From contig CALSSJ010000022.1 in NCBI GenBank assembly GCA_943788985.1, positions 128,001 through 192,000 on the forward strand: a DNA stretch of 64,000 nucleotides, read 5' to 3'. Below the pieces are notes generated by a model that was not told the DNA's origin, ran no database searches, and saw only the letters and a program-made list of their open reading frames with translations. Source of the DNA: an uncultured Lentisphaerales bacterium. GTDB lineage: Bacteria; Verrucomicrobiota; Lentisphaeria; JABSQK01; UBA12247. Of this stretch, positions 61,981 through 64,000 are shown piece after piece (the first letter of the stretch is position 1; every line of letters begins with the position of its first letter). A program made the position numbers and the translations under genes.

Positions 61981-64000
61981 TTACGCCTCGGGCCCGTGCC
62001 AGATGAGGCGGAGAGAATCGACGCGCAGGCGGGCCTGCGAAAGGCGCTCGGCGGTGGACGCGAGATTCTGGCGAGCCAGTTCGATTTCGTCGCTGCGGAC
62101 GCTGTCGTTCACTTTCCGCAAGGACAGCAGACGCTCAAGTTCGTGACCGAGCGTAGTGCCAGCGTCGCGGCTGGCCTCGTCGACAATCCGGGCCATTCTC
62201 GTCTCGGCTTCTTCTTCGGCGGTGGCAAGCATTTTGGGCGCGAGCGCCTGAAGGATGGCCTGATTCTGGAGCAGGGCACTCTCGGGCGAGACGGTGGCGA
62301 GCGCTGGCCACTCTCGGGGCTCTTGGACCGTCATCCGATTGTCCACGCTGATCGAGATCGGCGTGGGCGGCAGGAAGCGGTCAACATGCAGGCGACGGCG
62401 GTGCGATGCATTCGACGACGAAGCGTACGTCCAAGACCAACTCACGGTGCTCGGTGCTTGCGGAGATCGCAAACACGACATTGCCGTGGTGGCCGCTGAG
62501 CATGGCATCGAGGAGGCCCAAGACCAGCGGATGGTCCCAGCTGAGGAAGGCTAGGTCTTCGCGGCTCAGCGCGCGGCGGCGTTCGAAGGTGCCAAGCAGG
62601 CCTTCTTCGGGGGACGCTGGGGAGGGAATCACTGAACAGCCGTTCGGCGCGAATCATGTAGGTGCGGTTTGCTCATGTCCTCGACAGGTGAACCTCCGAA
62701 GAAGTCGAGCAGGCGCAGGGTGAAGATATCAACCTCGGTGCTGAAGTCGCGGTCGGCGATCTGCTCGGTGATCTCGTGGGCCACTTCGGGCCGATAGGAG
62801 TTCAGCTCGAGGAGCCGATCCCGGCCTTGTTCGAGACGCTTGATCAGGTTGCGGCGATAGGCCGCAATCTCGCTCAGCAGCCCGGGACGAGCCTGGTCGG
62901 GGAGTCTGGCACCAGTCGTGGATCTGAGGCAGAAAGTGCTCGTGGGCTTCGTGGCTGCCGTGGAGATTGTGCTCGATGGCGTCGAGCCCCTCGTGGTAGT
63001 ACTGACGGAGAATGTCCTCCGGAGTATGGGGAACGTAGGGCACGTGGATGGCGATCTCTTCGGTCTGGCCGATTCGATCCAGCCGACCAATGCGCTGCTC
63101 CAGTAGCTCCGGGTCATCAGGCAGGTCGAACAAGACGAGGTGGTGGGCAAACTGAAAGTTACGCCCCTCGCTGCCGATCTCGGAGCAAAGCAGCACGCTG
63201 GCGCCGTCTTGCTCGGAAAACCAAGCCGCGTTGCGGTCGCGGGTGATGAGGGTGAGCTCTTCATGGAAAATGGCGACTTTGGCGTTCAGGCGGGCGCGAA
63301 GCGCAGCCTCTAGAGCCAGGACCTTGCGGCGCGAGCGGCAGATCAGCAGCACTTTCTCGTCGCCGATTTCCCGCAGGAACTCTACCAGCCAGAGCGCACG
63401 GACGTCTGTGCCGAATTCGTAGTCGGGAGCTTGCTCCGAAGCTGCAGTCTCGAATGCGAACTCCGCACTGCAGGCCTGCGCCTGGGCTGGGGTTTTGGTT
63501 ACGAGCGGATGCAGGTGCAGTTTTCGATCGGGGAAGCCTTTAATCGCGGCGCGGGTGTTGCGGTACATGACGCGGCCGGTGCCGTGTTGATCGATCAGCT
63601 CATCCAACGCCTGCTTGCGGTCGCTCTCCGGCACGGCGCTATCGGCCAGGAGCGCGGCTGCGGACTTCGCAACAGCTTCGTACTCTTGGGCTTCGCGGCG
63701 AAAGACGTCGAGGCTGTAGTAGCGGTTTGGATCGAGTAACCGCAGGCGGGCAAAGTGGCTTTCTTGCCCGAGTTGCTCGGGCGTGGCCGTAAGCAACAGC
63801 AGGCCGGGGCTGCTGCGGCCAATGGTCTCCACCGCCCGGTATTCAGGACTGATGAGGTCCTCGGACCAGCCTAGATGGTGGGCTTCGTCGACGACAACGA
63901 GGTCCCAGCCCGCCTCCGCGGCTTCTTCGATGCGCTTCGGGTGCTGAGTGAACAGGGAGAGCCCGGCCAGGACCAGCTGCTCATCCAAGAAGGGATTGAC
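61981..64000 (-). CDS. rapA: RNA polymerase-associated SNF2 helicase RapA (3' part; frameshifts around 62.4-62.93 kb)
   Basis: VVDEAHHL, LLLTATPEQLG.ESHFARLRLLDP, CSEIGSEGRNFQ, LEQRIGRLDRIGQ, FLSWDHPLV, ELERLLSLRKVN..LRVDSLRLI. Confidence 0.92.

Overview
Bacterial chromosomal window of roughly 60% GC. The host is most likely in the PVC superphylum, probably Lentisphaerae-like; this is inferred from a Gly-less prepilin motif, GWNL-type C-terminal repeats and an Asp-type MurA. Left end (1-8.85 kb): two tandem giant secreted Ca-binding Ig/Calx-beta proteins. The upstream one ends in cohesin-like plus symmetric dockerin-like domains, and the downstream one, which the ORF track misses, begins with a cohesin-like domain. 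Together they are a candidate non-cellulosomal cohesin-dockerin surface assembly and the most interesting item here. Middle: mostly housekeeping genes (serA, tRNA-Gln, nfeD-floA-plsY-gpsA-murA, ctpA, ftsB-like, holB-tmk, tig-clpP-clpX-surA-rsmA, mreB-mutS, thiO), a large beta-helix secreted protein and a candidate DnaA-box array. Right: a decayed hisJ-family gene, a sugar (probably fructose/fructan) ABC locus whose GH32 gene has been destroyed, a PiT transporter, a gspG-like gene interrupted by a complete IS1634-family element with a CTAG duplication, and a frameshifted rapA running off the end. Several single-base frameshifts look like sequencing or assembly errors. All family calls come from motif recognition by eye; no database searches were run.
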